A DNA stretch of 64,000 nucleotides from Octopus sinensis (GCF_006345805.1 NC_042999.1:99076001-99140000); one strand, 5' to 3'. Positions 1-12,080 are shown, counted from the stretch's first letter. The notes: a model not told the origin generated them from the letters alone. A program made the numbers and translations.

Positions 1-82
1 AATAAATATTAGGGAATAAATCCAAATTTACAGGGAAAAATCAGATTTATGATTGAATCCAATTTTATAGTAAAATATAATA

Positions 83-303
83 TAATATTAATTAGAGACA
101 AAACCACTATTATGCAAATCAAACAAAGAAAGACTTAATCCAATACATAAAAAATTTTATATAAATTAAATATAATTAAGATATCCACTACGATCGTTTC
201 TTGTCACTTCTATGGACATTCATCAGGTGGTTTCAAGACCTTCTATGCAATTTTGAACTATGTTTGATTTGCATAATAGTGGTTTTGTCTCTAATTAATA
301 TTA
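83..303. mobile_element. Foldback element with 43-bp perfect inverted repeats (83-125 / 261-303) enclosing a hammerhead; probably Penelope-derived
   Basis: taatattaattagagacaaaaccactattatgcaaatcaaaca and its exact reverse complement, followed by (AT)n. Confidence 0.7.
185..230 (-). ncRNA. Minimal type I hammerhead ribozyme motif
   Basis: Minus strand reads CCAC-CTGATGA-A-TGTC-catagaagt-GACA-A-GAAAC-GATC-GTA-GTGG. Stem I is CCAC/GTGG, stem II TGTC/GACA, helix III the palindrome ACGATCGT, with a GUA cleavage triplet. The base-of-stem-II pair is an A/A mismatch. Confidence 0.72.
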
Positions 304-351
304 TATATATATATATGTATATATATATGTATTAAATATCCATCACAGCTG

Positions 352-424
352 GTCTTACCAATCAGTTTTACGTAAAGAGTGTTAGGTAACAAACCAATTA
401 TATAACTTTACACTCATCAGAGTT
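352..424 (-). ncRNA. Decayed hammerhead ribozyme motif
   Basis: Minus strand reads AACT-CTGATGA-GTGTAAAG...CTTTACGT-AAAAC-TGATTG-GTA-AGAC. Stem II still pairs, GAAA has become AAAA, and stem I is mostly lost. Confidence 0.5.
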
Positions 425-704
425 GGCTGATATGGAAGCGAATATAGTGACTGCTCTCTATTGTCAGAAGTGGATTAGCACAGCCAGCCAGCATTTGCTG
501 AGAATGTGGTGTGTGGTATGTCTTGTGGTGTCATATGTATAATTTTTTCTGGAGGTGTAGGTATATATAGCTGTGTTCATTTGTCTGTTTACTTTCTGTA
601 AAGGATAAAGATGTGCTGTGGGGGAGGTTATGTTACATATATGTATATGTACATTATCATCATCATCATCATTTAATGCCTGTTTTCCCTATTTTTCCCT
701 ATTT

Positions 705-760
705 GTCTCTGATGATGGAATATCCCATACTCTGGGATATCCTAGAAACAGCTGTAAGAC
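705..760 (+). ncRNA. Minimal type I hammerhead ribozyme motif, core intact
   Basis: GTCT-CTGATGA-TGGAATATCCCA-tactc-TGGGATATCCTA-GAAAC-AGCT-GTA-AGAC. Stem I is GTCT/AGAC, stem II has an 8-bp perfect core ATATCCCA/TGGGATAT, helix III is the palindrome ACAGCTGT, with predicted cleavage after GUA at 756. Confidence 0.82.
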
Positions 761-984
761 TGAATTTTTTCCAATAATAATAATGTATATGACTTGAGAC
801 GTTTGCCTTGCCTTAATGTTTGTTGTCCTCTTTAAAAATTATACATCTGCTGCAATGGAAAGCTACAATGGCTCCATAACTACCATCTCGTCTATAACCT
901 TGGAGCCCTAGTAATCTGTTACATAATTGGTTAGATCACCTGTGAACTAAACGCCCATACTTTGTATATATATACATATATATA

Positions 985-1227
985 GGTCCAGGAGTGGCTG
1001 GGTGGTAAGTAGCTTGCTAACTAACCACATGGTTCCGGGTTCAGTCCCACTGCGTGGCATCTTGGGCAAATCAGAACGTAAAATATTTTTAATTAAATAC
1101 AATATGGTCAATGAGGTAACGGTTGTACCAATCCATCAGTCTTATTTACATATTCTGCTATAGCCCCGGGCCGACCAATGCCTTGTGAGTGGATTTGGTA
1201 GACGGAAACTGAAAGAAGCCTGTCGTA

Positions 1228-1271
<44 letters not shown>

Positions 1272-1478
1272 TGTGTGTCTGTGTTTGTCTCCTAACATTG
1301 CTTGACAACCAATGCTGGTGTGTTTACATCCCCGTAACTTAGCAGTTCAGCAAAAGAGACCGATAGAATAAGTACTGGGCTGACAAAGAATAAGTCCCGG
1401 GGTCGATTTGCTCGACTAAAGGCGGTGCTCCAGCATGGCCGCAGTCAAATGACTGAAACAAGTAAAAGAGAATAAAAA

Positions 1479-1480
<2 letters not shown>
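985..1480 (+). mobile_element. tRNA-derived SINE with internal (AT)n and an ~85-nt foreign insert
   Basis: A-box-like TGGCTGGGTGG and B-box-like GGTTCAGTCCC; the body and tail (gcagtcaaatgactgaaacaagtaaaagag) recur across the window. Confidence 0.85.
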
Positions 1481-1544
<64 letters not shown>

Positions 1545-4374
1545 TATGTGTGTGTGTGTATTTATGTATGTATATATGTATGTAAAAAGAGGTCCTTCTC
1601 AATCCATAGTTGCAGCAGCCTAGTTTCATGGTTTCTTTGGTGTATACATTCACTATGGTGAATATATACATGACACACACTCACTCACAGTGTGTGGGCG
1701 TGCATATGAATGTGTGTGTCTGTGTAAGGTGCCAAGTAATGGTGCTAAAGCAGCTGATGGATTGAGTCTACCACCCAAATAGGCCAGGGTAGGATTTGAA
1801 CTCAGAATGCAATGAGCTGGCGTAAATACAACAATCATCAAGTTTGATGTTCATACAGTATTACAAGCCCACTTCCTCTAGATTGATATTCTTTTTATCG
1901 GTCCTAAAGGAATGAAAAGAGAAGTTGAACTCAGAGCACTGCATACCAGAACAAATACTGTGACATATCTTTACAACATTCTAACATCTCTTCCACTATG
2001 CTGCCCAAATAAAAATAAGATTTTGATTATGTATTTGGAAATGGTTGTTTTCTAAGCTATAGCTTACACTGAGCCATTAAAGTTTAGTGCTATTTTGCTT
2101 TTTTTTCTTCTACTTCTTTTCATAACCTTTTCTTCATTGACATGACACCTGATACTAGACAAAAATATACAGTTGTAACATCTTACAAATAAATAACAGC
2201 AATGATTATAATATATTGTATCCAATTATAATTGTGGTTGTAAGATGGTAGGGAGTCATAATTACTAAAATAACTTCTCAGAAATTTAGTCATAAAAATT
2301 GCTGTTATCTTCCTACAAGGTTGTAAATATTGTTGCCTCTAACATTTTTGACACGACGCTTATGGATGTAGTATTCTACAAATTCAGATCTACAATAAAA
2401 TCTTTGGTTATAATTCCTTGCTAATTATTTAGTCATAATCACAACCTAATCATGTTGTCAAAATTATAAGCTGATTTTGTAGTCATAATTGCTAGCTAAT
2501 TATTTATAACTTTTTAATCTTGTAGTATTAATACCACAGCAATATTAATATTAATAACTATTTATTACTAGTTAATCCACTTCTTACAATTACTAGCTAA
2601 TCAGTTAGCCAGAGTTACTAGCAAATTGTTTTCCAGCTGCAATGGACAACATATGATTCACAATCCAATTCTAAATTTTGTAGAATTAGCAAGCTGTGAA
2701 ATAAAACATCCTTTCAATATTGCAAGTAGCTTTTCTGGCAGGGAATATTGAACTCTAGGTCAACAATCTACACTGCTTTTCTGCTTACAGCAGCCAACCA
2801 CCCTGCCCTGCAATAACTATATACATATCGATGAACTGTTGCTGTTTGATCACAAGTCATCATAAGTGAGATGACTGGTGATCAAAGGCAATCTAGTCAT
2901 GGCCATCACATCTTTCTTCCTAATATATGTTATCTAGAATTGTATATATATATATATAAATATATATACCAATTTGAAAATAAATGTGGTTTATGGTATG
3001 TATCTTTATGTCTTATAACTTAGCAGGTCAACAAATAAGAACAATAAAATCATTGTCAGGCTTGAATATGTACTCAGATTGATTTTATTACAAAATATGA
3101 GAACAATAACCAGTACTGTGGCAGTTCAGTGACTGAAACCAATAAGAGAAAAGTAAAGAATAATCTCTTTAACATCAATATTTCCACTGATTTTTCCTTC
3201 ATTTTCACCATGACCATCACCACCACAACCACCACCACCACCACCACCATCATCGTCGTTGTCATCATCATCATCACTTTCATCATTATCACCATAATCC
3301 CTACCACCATCACAAAAGTAATTTTTTTATCTTTTGCAGTACTTCTTTCTATGTTTACTGTTATGTCATTCTGAAAAAGAATTCTCTTTCTATATCTGCT
3401 CTGTTATTATAATGTTGATGCAATACTATAGATTACTGGTTAAAATTTCCACATTACAATGGAATTACTGAGCTATTCAGCTATCACTTTGATGTTCATA
3501 ATTACTCATAACAAACTGACCCATGATACTTGTAGTTCTGTCATATTTGATAATCTTCTCAGTGCTGTCTTGTATCCCAGACCAGATTGATTCTAAGTCA
3601 CCAATTGAATCTAGAGATCATTTAGCATCTCCTTGGTAGTTGGTCAATAAAATGGAAATTAACAAGCTTATTATCTTTCAGACTATTACCCTCATCTTTG
3701 TGGGTTTTTAAAAAAAATTATTTCATACCAGTTAGTATACTGATTTGACTATGCCTGCCATGTTCTCTGGTCTTTTTGAAAAGTTTTTGTACAATCCTAA
3801 ATTAGAAGAGGTTTCTAGTATTCTAACTCAAGCCAATTTCTAATTTGTGGAGGAAAAGGACACAATGATTGACCCAGTTTTCAACAGTGTGCATGACCAA
3901 TTCTTGAAAAGGAGAAAAGGGAGGGGGTGAGAGAGAATAGAGAGAGGGTGGGGAGAGAGGTAGAAGGAGGGAAGAGGAAGAGAAATAAATAGAAAGACAA
4001 ACTGAGTAGACTCAACCCACTAATTGATTGGTTCATTGTCAACTCTAGAAAAAGGAGAGGCAAAGTAGATCTTGCCATGATCTGAACTCAGAATACAAAG
4101 AGCTGGAACAAAGCCCTCTCGATATTTTGTCTGATAATTCTAATGATTCTACCAAATGACCAGCTTAACTTCATCTTCAGAGATAGTAAAAATGTTAATG
4201 ATTACATCCATCTACTCTACATTTCAAATTGTAGGATCATTATTTGTTATCAAATATCTCATTTCTGGAGTGTGGGGTATGCATTGTATTAGAGTGGAAT
4301 TGGAATTAACAACCTTTATTTCTAAACTAAGAGTAATAATGTTTAGGCCACAGATGCATGTAGTTCAAAATCCA

Positions 4375-5070
4375 GTCTAAGTGGTTAAGAAATTCACTTA
4401 ACAGCCACATGGTTTCAGATTTAGTCCCAGACCACAACATCTTGGGCAAGTAACTGGGCAAGGTTGACCAATACTTTGTAAGAGAATTTAGTGGACAGAA
4501 ACTGTGTGGAAGCCTGTTTGAAACTGTGTGAAAGGCGGCTAGCTGGCAGAAATGTTAGCACGGCGGGCAAAATTCATAGCGTTATTTCATCTGCCGTTTC
4601 ATCTGAGTTCAAATTCCGCCGAGGTCGACATTGCTTTCATCTCTTTGGGGTCAATAAATTAAGTACCAGTTACACACTGGGGTCGATGTAATCGATTTAA
4701 TCCCTTTGTCTGTCCTTGTTTGTCCCCTCTATGTTTAGCTCCTTGTGGGCAGTAAAGAAATAAGAAACTGTGTGGAAGCCTGCTGTATATGCATGTGTGT
4801 GTGAGTGTGTGTCTGTTTGTCTGTCTGTGTCTGCATTTGTTCCTTGCCACCACACTTTGGCTGCTGATGTTGGTTTGTTTACATCCCTGTAACTGAGCAG
4901 TTCAGCAATTGAGACTGAAAGAATAAGTGCTATACTTAAAAAGAACAAGAAGCACTATGGTCAATTTATTTGACTAAAACACTTCAAGGCGATATCCCAG
5001 CATGATGACAGTCCATGTTGGGACACTAAGCTAGTGTCCCAGCATGTTGACAGTCCAATAATTAAAAGAA
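4375..5070 (+). mobile_element. SINE interrupted by a second SINE family (4533-4763)
   Basis: The host SINE head and tail flank an insert bounded by the 19-bp direct repeat gaaactgtgtggaagcctg (4498-4516 / 4764-4782). Confidence 0.8.
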
Positions 5071-6429
5071 GAGAAAATAAAATAACATCCAAAAAGAAGA
5101 CTGATGAAGGCAATAAGAAATCAAATTGATGGAAAGACAGTGTAGATATAAATAATATTAGAGTATCATCTCTAAGGATGAGGTTAATAGTCTGGAAATT
5201 TATTATCTGATTAACAACAACTAATCTCAGGTATTTAGACTATTAATGACAATAAATATTGATATTTTTACTCAGCCATTGTTGCTTCATATATCTCAGG
5301 TAAAACATTATCAGATTTATGATCTAAGGTATTCCAGCCATGAATGTCTTATATTTTTGCATATTCAGCGTACTGTTGAATTTGTTCATCCTCTTTTAAG
5401 ATAGAAAAGTGTAATCAGAGAAAATTTGGCTTATTTTTAACAGGCATAAACTCTCTCTTTCCTAAGCAACTGTAGCTAAATGTGACAATTTCCTTGTAAT
5501 TCTAATACATCAAATTATTTAGTTTGGTCCTTTACAGCTTCTGTTATCTGCAAGCCTTAAAATAATATTGATTTCTTAATTAGGTACAAAGCACATATTT
5601 TTAATGAAATAACGATTAAATATATTGAGCCCTGTACATTCAATTGCAGAAGGTTGAAGGGCAAAAATCTACTTCGGACAGATTTGAATTCAGAATATAA
5701 AGGTATGGAATTAAATGTCAAAAGGTATTTTGTCTGATACCCTACAAGTTTTACCAATCCATCAATCTCCACATCCAAATAAAAATATTAGTTTCAAGTT
5801 TAGGTAAAAGGCTAGTAATATTCTGTGGAGAGGATAAGTCGGTTACATTGACCCCAGTACTTGACTGGTACTTATTTTATCAACCCTGAAAAGATGAAAG
5901 GCAAAGTCAACCTTGGCAGAGTCTGAAATCAGAATATAAGCACAGACGAAATACCACTTAGCATTTTGCCTGGTATGCTAATGATTCTACCAGTTTGTCA
6001 CCTTAAATTATTGGTACTTATATTATTAGTGACCCTTTGTATAAGTCAACCTAGTCAGAAAGGATATACCTTAATACTCCCAAGCATTTACCACATTTAC
6101 TGCTGCCTACTCTCACCTGTATTAAAACAAGGAGATATATCCCCCATAATCAGGCATGTTTTCAGAGAAAATTGGAACCAATGAACCCAGTTATATAACC
6201 ATGCCATTGTTTACAAGTATCATGTGATATCAAAGCAAGGAGGCACAAACACTCACATTTACACACACACACACACATGATAGGCTTCTTTCAGTTTCTG
6301 TCTACAACATCTACTCACAAGGTTATGGTTGGTTAGGGGCTACAGTAGTAGATTCTTACCCAAGGTGCCATGCAGTAGAACTAAACCTGAAGGCATGATA
6401 TTGCAGCAAACTCCTTAATTACACTACCA

Positions 6430-6525
6430 TATATATGTATGTACGTATGTATGTATGTATATGTGTATGTATGTATGTATGTATGTGTGTGTGTGTATGT
6501 GTGTATGTATGTATGTATGTATGTA

Positions 6526-6560
<35 letters not shown>

Positions 6561-6581
6561 GTGTGTATGTATGTATGTATA
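6430..6581. repeat. Compound (TATG)n/(TG)n microsatellite
   Basis: Direct inspection. Confidence 0.95.
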
Positions 6582-6859
6582 TGCAAACTGAAACTGAAAG
6601 AATCCTGTCATGTTTGTTCATTTGTGAGTCTGCTTATGGGATCATGTTTCCCTTGTCTTGACACAAGGCCAGCTTTTTATGGATAGTGGGTAAGCTGATT
6701 ACATTGACCCCAGTGTCCAACTGATACTTATTTTCTCAACCTTGAAAGAATGAAAGGCAAAGTTGACCTCACTGGATTCAGTGGATGAAATGCAGCTAAG
6801 CATTTTGCCCCATGTGCTAACAATTCTCCTATCTTGCTGCCTTAATTTTGCCACCTTAA

Positions 6860-7130
6860 TAATAACAGTGATATAAAGAAGGAACTAGAAAAGATTGGAA
6901 AATACCTGAATGTGTCTACAGAGCTGAAATAATTCTGGATCATGCAAGAAAAAATTATTTCTACCGTCATGGGATTATTAAGAACAACAACTAAATCTGT
7001 TGCTGAAAAGACTAAGAAATATTATATTGATATCAGTGAGCAAGATTTTAAAAGCTGTTGTCCTTTAATCAACAAAAATCTCCCATCAAGTCCTTCAGAG
7101 TTGAGAAGACAATGTTGCTAAATATCAAAT
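6860..7130 (+). mobile_element. Degenerate R4/Dong-like non-LTR retrotransposon C-terminal (restriction-like endonuclease region) fragment
   Basis: Frame reads KELEKIGKYLNVSTELK*FWIMQEKIISTVMGLLRT, resembling the KE.EKI.KY.DL..EL..LW....PIVIG.LG motif. Confidence 0.5.
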
Positions 7131-8049
7131 TATAAAATTCTTGACAAGATTAATGTAGATAATTTATTAAATGATTAGTTAATGAGACATCAAACAGCAT
7201 ATGTTCCATAATCTGAAGCATATTGTGAGGTGTATCCAACGATTAACTATACAAATTTTAGCTATTTGTTTTAGATAATTGTTTAAAGTCGTAGCTAACA
7301 TGTGTATTGTCATTAGATATACTTTACTATACATTTAAGATGAATATAAAACAGATATACTAATTATTTTCTAACATAAGCCCAAAGCTATAAGTTTTGG
7401 AGTGAATAAATAGATTGATTATATCAAGCTACTCAATTTCTTAACAGGTACTTTTTCTATTGACCCTCTTCACATTCCAGTGAAGGCATGTTGGACACAA
7501 GAACATCATTGCTGTAATTCCCAGACAAGAGTATTGCTTTATGCTCTTGGGTAAAACACTTTATTTTACATTGTACTATTCAATTCAGCTGAAAATAAAT
7601 ACCCACAACAGTTGGGAGTTAACCCTGTGAAGAACTAGTGTCTGGTTCAATGGGGAATGTTGTTCTCTCAATCACTCATATGCCAAGAAAACTGTGATAA
7701 GTTCTAGTCTTTAGAAAGTCTCTGACAGATCTTAACACCTTCACATTTTGACATTAAATGAAAACAAAAATATTTATAATAAGGATTTCTAACATACATC
7801 CTGAAATTCTAACAAGTGTTCTTCAAGATGACGCATTGACACCATATCTTTCCATATTCACTCAGGACTAAGCCATGAGGGAAGCCATTGTTAATGTGTT
7901 TCTTTATTACTCACAAGAGGCTAAACATAGAGGGGACGAACAAGATCTTAGCTTTACAGTGACACAAAGGAGAAGATTTGACATTATCAAATACAATTGA
8001 TCAAGCTCAAGAACTTCTTCATAAAGTCTAATTCTCTGTCAGGAAAATT

Positions 8050-8250
8050 GGTCTGCACTGGAAGTTATACACAAGCTACTACTGTGGGAACCAACCCATG
8101 GGGGAGGGAGTAAAAGAAGACCTACATAAACATTAATTGATCAACTCTCAGATGATACTAACCTAAATAAGGAGCAATTGCCACAAGCAATGGAAAATTG
8201 AGAATTGTGGAGAGAATTTGTCAAGAAAGCTTGACCATGGTTGCAATTAT
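8050..8250 (+). mobile_element. RTE-type LINE ORF2 C-terminal fragment
   Basis: Frame reads EVIHKLLLWEPTHGGGSKRRPT*TLIDQLSDDTNLNKEQLPQAMEN*ELWREFVK. Confidence 0.7.
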
Positions 8251-8272
8251 GAACATACATACAAAATTGCAA

Positions 8273-8311
<39 letters not shown>

Positions 8312-8313
<2 letters not shown>

Positions 8314-8603
8314 CGGAGATGTACTCGCATAGCAAGTGATTTGATCTGAGATCGTGTGCTGAAACGAAAACAATTGCAGCGTGGAAGGTGTTTGTAAGCC
8401 ATTTAAGAAACACACAAAAGCCGTTCGATTCACTTCAACATTTAAATTTAATTGCTGAGATGCAGCATGGATTTTTGTCAGTGAACAGGTCATGGATTTT
8501 AGCGACGAAAATATTTTGACAAATCAAACTTAAATGTTGAAGTGAATCAAACGGCTTTTGGGTGTTTCTTAAATGGCTTACAAACACCTTCCACGCTGCA
8601 ATT
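8312..8603. mobile_element. Foldback repeat with 74-bp inverted arms (8372-8445 / 8530-8603), flanked by (AT)n
   Basis: Arms match at 72 of 74 positions; CpG-rich compared with the flanks. Confidence 0.8.
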
Positions 8604-8637
<34 letters not shown>

Positions 8638-9366
8638 TCAAGAAGGCTTTAGTCAGTTAAAACAACACCACTACTTAAATGGTACAAACTTTATTAAGCA
8701 GACAGGATGAGGTACAAAGTAGATGGAAGCAGGATTTGAAGTCAGAGCATAAAGGTATATAGCAAAATACTATAAAGATATTCTCACTGTTTTCTAATAC
8801 TTTTTCATATTAACTCTGCTTTCAAGTGATAATTATTATTATTTTCTTGTTTAACATAGCAACTTCACTGAAGAATATAGCAAAATGTCAGCTGGCCACA
8901 ACTAATATACTAAGGTAACATTCTTCATTTAGATTTCAAGAACTCTGTAGAGAATTCATTCTGCCTCAGAGACCAGTTTTTCTTTGTAAATTCGCCATCT
9001 TCACTTGTTTTCAAGCTTTCCAATTCAGTGTGTAAACTTGTTACTTATAGGACCCAAAGCTCCAACAAAAGGAATAATACTCACTTCTCTTCAATGACGT
9101 CAGTCGTTTTCCTACTTTAAATCATCATATCTGACCTGCTGCAATTTTTCTGTTCTAAATACTCTGTCATCACTAGAGCATACAATGTCTATATTTTCTT
9201 GTTTCCTTTTTAGTCACAACCACTATATCCAGCTTTCGATGTTCAATTTCATGAACACATTGGATCATTACGTTCCACAGTATCTTCGACTTGTCATTCC
9301 TAATTACTCTGTCAGAGATTTGCCCACACTGTGCCTTTGCTCTATCAAATCAATACTCTCTATACA

Positions 9367-9394
9367 ATTATTATTATTATTATTAATAATATTA

Positions 9395-9435
<41 letters not shown>

Positions 9436-9443
9436 TATTATTA
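9367..9443. repeat. (TAT)n microsatellite
   Basis: Direct inspection. Confidence 0.95.
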
Positions 9444-10922
9444 CTGTTGTTATTGTTGTCAGTGGCAGCGTTGTTGGTGTCATTGGTGTCGGCGTTGGCG
9501 TCATCAGCATTGGCATCAAACAAAATATTTTGTAGTATTTGTTCAGACTCTTTATAATTTGAGTTCATATCCTGCTGTTATCAACTTTTCTTTTTGTCCT
9601 CCTGAGGTTAATAAAATAAAGTATCAGACAAGTACTTGGGTTGATATAATCAACTGTCCCCTTTGCTCAAAATTGTTATCCTTATAGCTGTTAGAGATTA
9701 CTACTGTTATTTTTCTCTTAGAGAAGTGCAGTACAAGAAACAGTAGTGTTCTATCTGAAATTCTCTGAAAACTAATACATTCAGCTAAGGAGGTTTATAT
9801 GTAAAGTTCTCCCTCAGCAATAAATAACCCTTATAACAAAGAACCAGCTTAAGTGCCTGTATGTGGTTGCTTGACTTCTTGTAAATATTAGCCAAATCTA
9901 TTTCAAGTTACACCATACTATCTTGAAATAGGAGGTACACATTGAGTGATGTTGTATGAAATACTTAATGACTAAGTGAAGAAAGGTGTGATCATATCTG
10001 GAACTTTTAGGACAAGAGGGCTTACCTGGAGCTAAACAGTAACAATGACCCTTACAACAAAATATCCACCTTAAAGACCATTACTGTCTTTTCTCTCTTC
10101 TCATCTACATTAAAATAGATGGTCTTGATTACAGTTAGATTATGAAAACTTATTTAATTGTCTAAATATCTAAATGATCAAGGCTTTGTTTAAGGCTAAG
10201 TTTGTAATGTTGTTACCATGTTTACTGCAATAAATGATGTTACAATTGAAGTCTAATTAGTCAATTCTTGTATGGGAAAGCTGTTTCAGAATGGAAAACA
10301 ATAAATAAATAAGTATACACATATGGTGTACACATCAACACACACACACAGGCACAAGGTAAGTGAGACACTAAGCAGCCACTCAAATTGCTGGAAATAG
10401 CAGCCATATTTCCCTCAAACCAGACTTTGCTGTCTTAAACAAAATTAAGAACATAGTTGACAATGTAGGCTCACAGTGGGGATGCATTTAATCATTGGTC
10501 AATTCCTTCTGGAATAATGGGCTAAAGAAAAGCATCAACTGCATGTAACTTTACCAGTAACAGCACACTTACCTTAATTCTTCTCTCAAACCTCATCTAT
10601 ATGTATAGCATTAAAAATCTTTGGCACACATGCTTTCTTCTATGAAGGATGTAACATTACAGTTTAATCTAACAGTACAAATACACAGAATTTACACACC
10701 ATGTGTACCTATGTTACGCACTTTACCCATGTGTAATATGCAGTAAAAGCCATTCTTTTATTTAAACAGCTAGACATCATTAATTCTGATGGCTTCCTGT
10801 GGTGACCATATACCTAATATACTAAGTTGCAGCACAGAGGTTATGTTTGCTTTTCAGGAATGGAAACAACTATTTTTAAAAGTTCATGTAAATCCAATGA
10901 GAGAACTTCTACATTTTGACAG

Positions 10923-10937
10923 AACTTACCAGAAATA
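10923..10937 (+). CDS. Candidate 15-nt microexon (NLPEI), RGS linker
   Basis: tacattttgacag|AACTTACCAGAAATA|gtaagc; phase 0-0; in frame with the 11001-11084 candidate exon. No homology support. Confidence 0.3.
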
Positions 10938-11000
10938 GTAAGCATATCTCTCTCAAATCACACTCTGCTATCATAACTAAAGAAGTCTATGGTTGAACAG

Positions 11001-11084
11001 TGTAGGTTTGATGCAAAAAATGATGGAATAGTCATTACTGGATCACCATCAAAGTTTGACTTAGAACGAGATAACAGCGTTGAA
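11001..11084 (+). CDS. Candidate 84-nt linker exon (CRFDAKNDGIVITGSPSKFDLERDNSVE)
   Basis: Complex, protein-like reading frame ending GAA|gtaatc at a codon boundary, followed by an intronic (ATC/ACC)n repeat. The acceptor is ambiguous (AG at 10982, 11000 or 11005). Confidence 0.4.
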
Positions 11085-11121
11085 GTAATCTTTGTCATCA
11101 TCACCACCACCACCACTACCA

Positions 11122-11152
<31 letters not shown>

Positions 11153-11889
11153 CATCATTGCCATTATTGCTGTTGGTTAAATTAGTGGTAACATATTTGT
11201 GTTGGTACATTGATGGCACACAATCCTGTTTTGGATCACAATGCCAAAAGTGTTATCCACCTGATAGACAAGCCTTTCATTCACTGAATTAACAAGGGAT
11301 CCTCCTAGTCATTCACCATGGAATGGAAACAGTAAATTCAAACAGGAACACCCTGTAGTATTCATATTTGATTGATTTTTCTTCCCTCTTTCCAAAGTTC
11401 ACTTTACCTTTATATATCTCACAAGAATGATGAAATAAGTATTAGACAAAATATTGGGCTGTATAATTGGTTAAAGTACTTTGTTGAAGACAATGTCCTA
11501 ACATGACCATTGGCCATTTATTGAAACCAGTAGAAAATTTAGGAAGAATATAAAATGTTCCACTCTCTGTTCTTGTTCAGAGGCTGAAGTGAATTTACTT
11601 TCATTGGTATCCTTCAGTGTATCACTTGTAAATATAATTTTAAGCCAGTGTGTTTTGCATCATGTGATGCATGTAGGCATAATTTAGTATTTGTATTGAA
11701 AATTTATTAATCTAAGATTCCATAGTGTTGTTCTTTTGGTGTCACATATTTCAAATTACTCACAAGCTACTGTGTTAACAAGCTGTCTACTAGCTGTAGA
11801 TACATACATAACCCCCCAAAAATTCAACATTCACAAAATGTTTTGTAAAGTTTTACTTTAAATTCAAATAGTTTGTGAAGTGAGAAATT

Positions 11890-12080
11890 TACTTTAAGGC
11901 TTCATAACTCACACAATGAGCCAATGAGGGTGCTACTTCCACTCATGCACTGTCATCACTCATATTATGTCCACCCTTTACACTTCACACTAACCATTGT
12001 TTCAAATCCTTTCTCCTCAGAATATATTTTCTGGAATCCTTGCCTGCTTAGGTTTTTCCTGTGGCTAATAACTTGATATT
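11890..12080 (+). mobile_element. CR1/jockey-like LINE 3' fragment
   Basis: Frameshifted remnant of the FLPRT..LWNSLP..VFP..NNL C-terminus (ctttctcctcagaatatatttctggaatccttgcctgcttaggtttttcctgtggctaataacttg). Confidence 0.45.

Noticed and set aside
985-1070. tRNA gene
   Set aside because: It is the tRNA-like head of a multi-copy SINE; no cloverleaf.
5101-5150. CTGATGA as a hammerhead core
   Set aside because: No stem II and no stem I partner after a NUH triplet.
8860-8914. Possible exon with a good acceptor and AG|gtaaca donor
   Set aside because: The only open frame is phase 1-2, which does not fit the phase-0 linker chain without further assumptions; no RGS similarity.
10565-11164. Minus-strand GTAAGT donors near 10575 and 10929 suggesting a nested antisense gene
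   Set aside because: No coherent minus-strand exon chain or recognisable protein.
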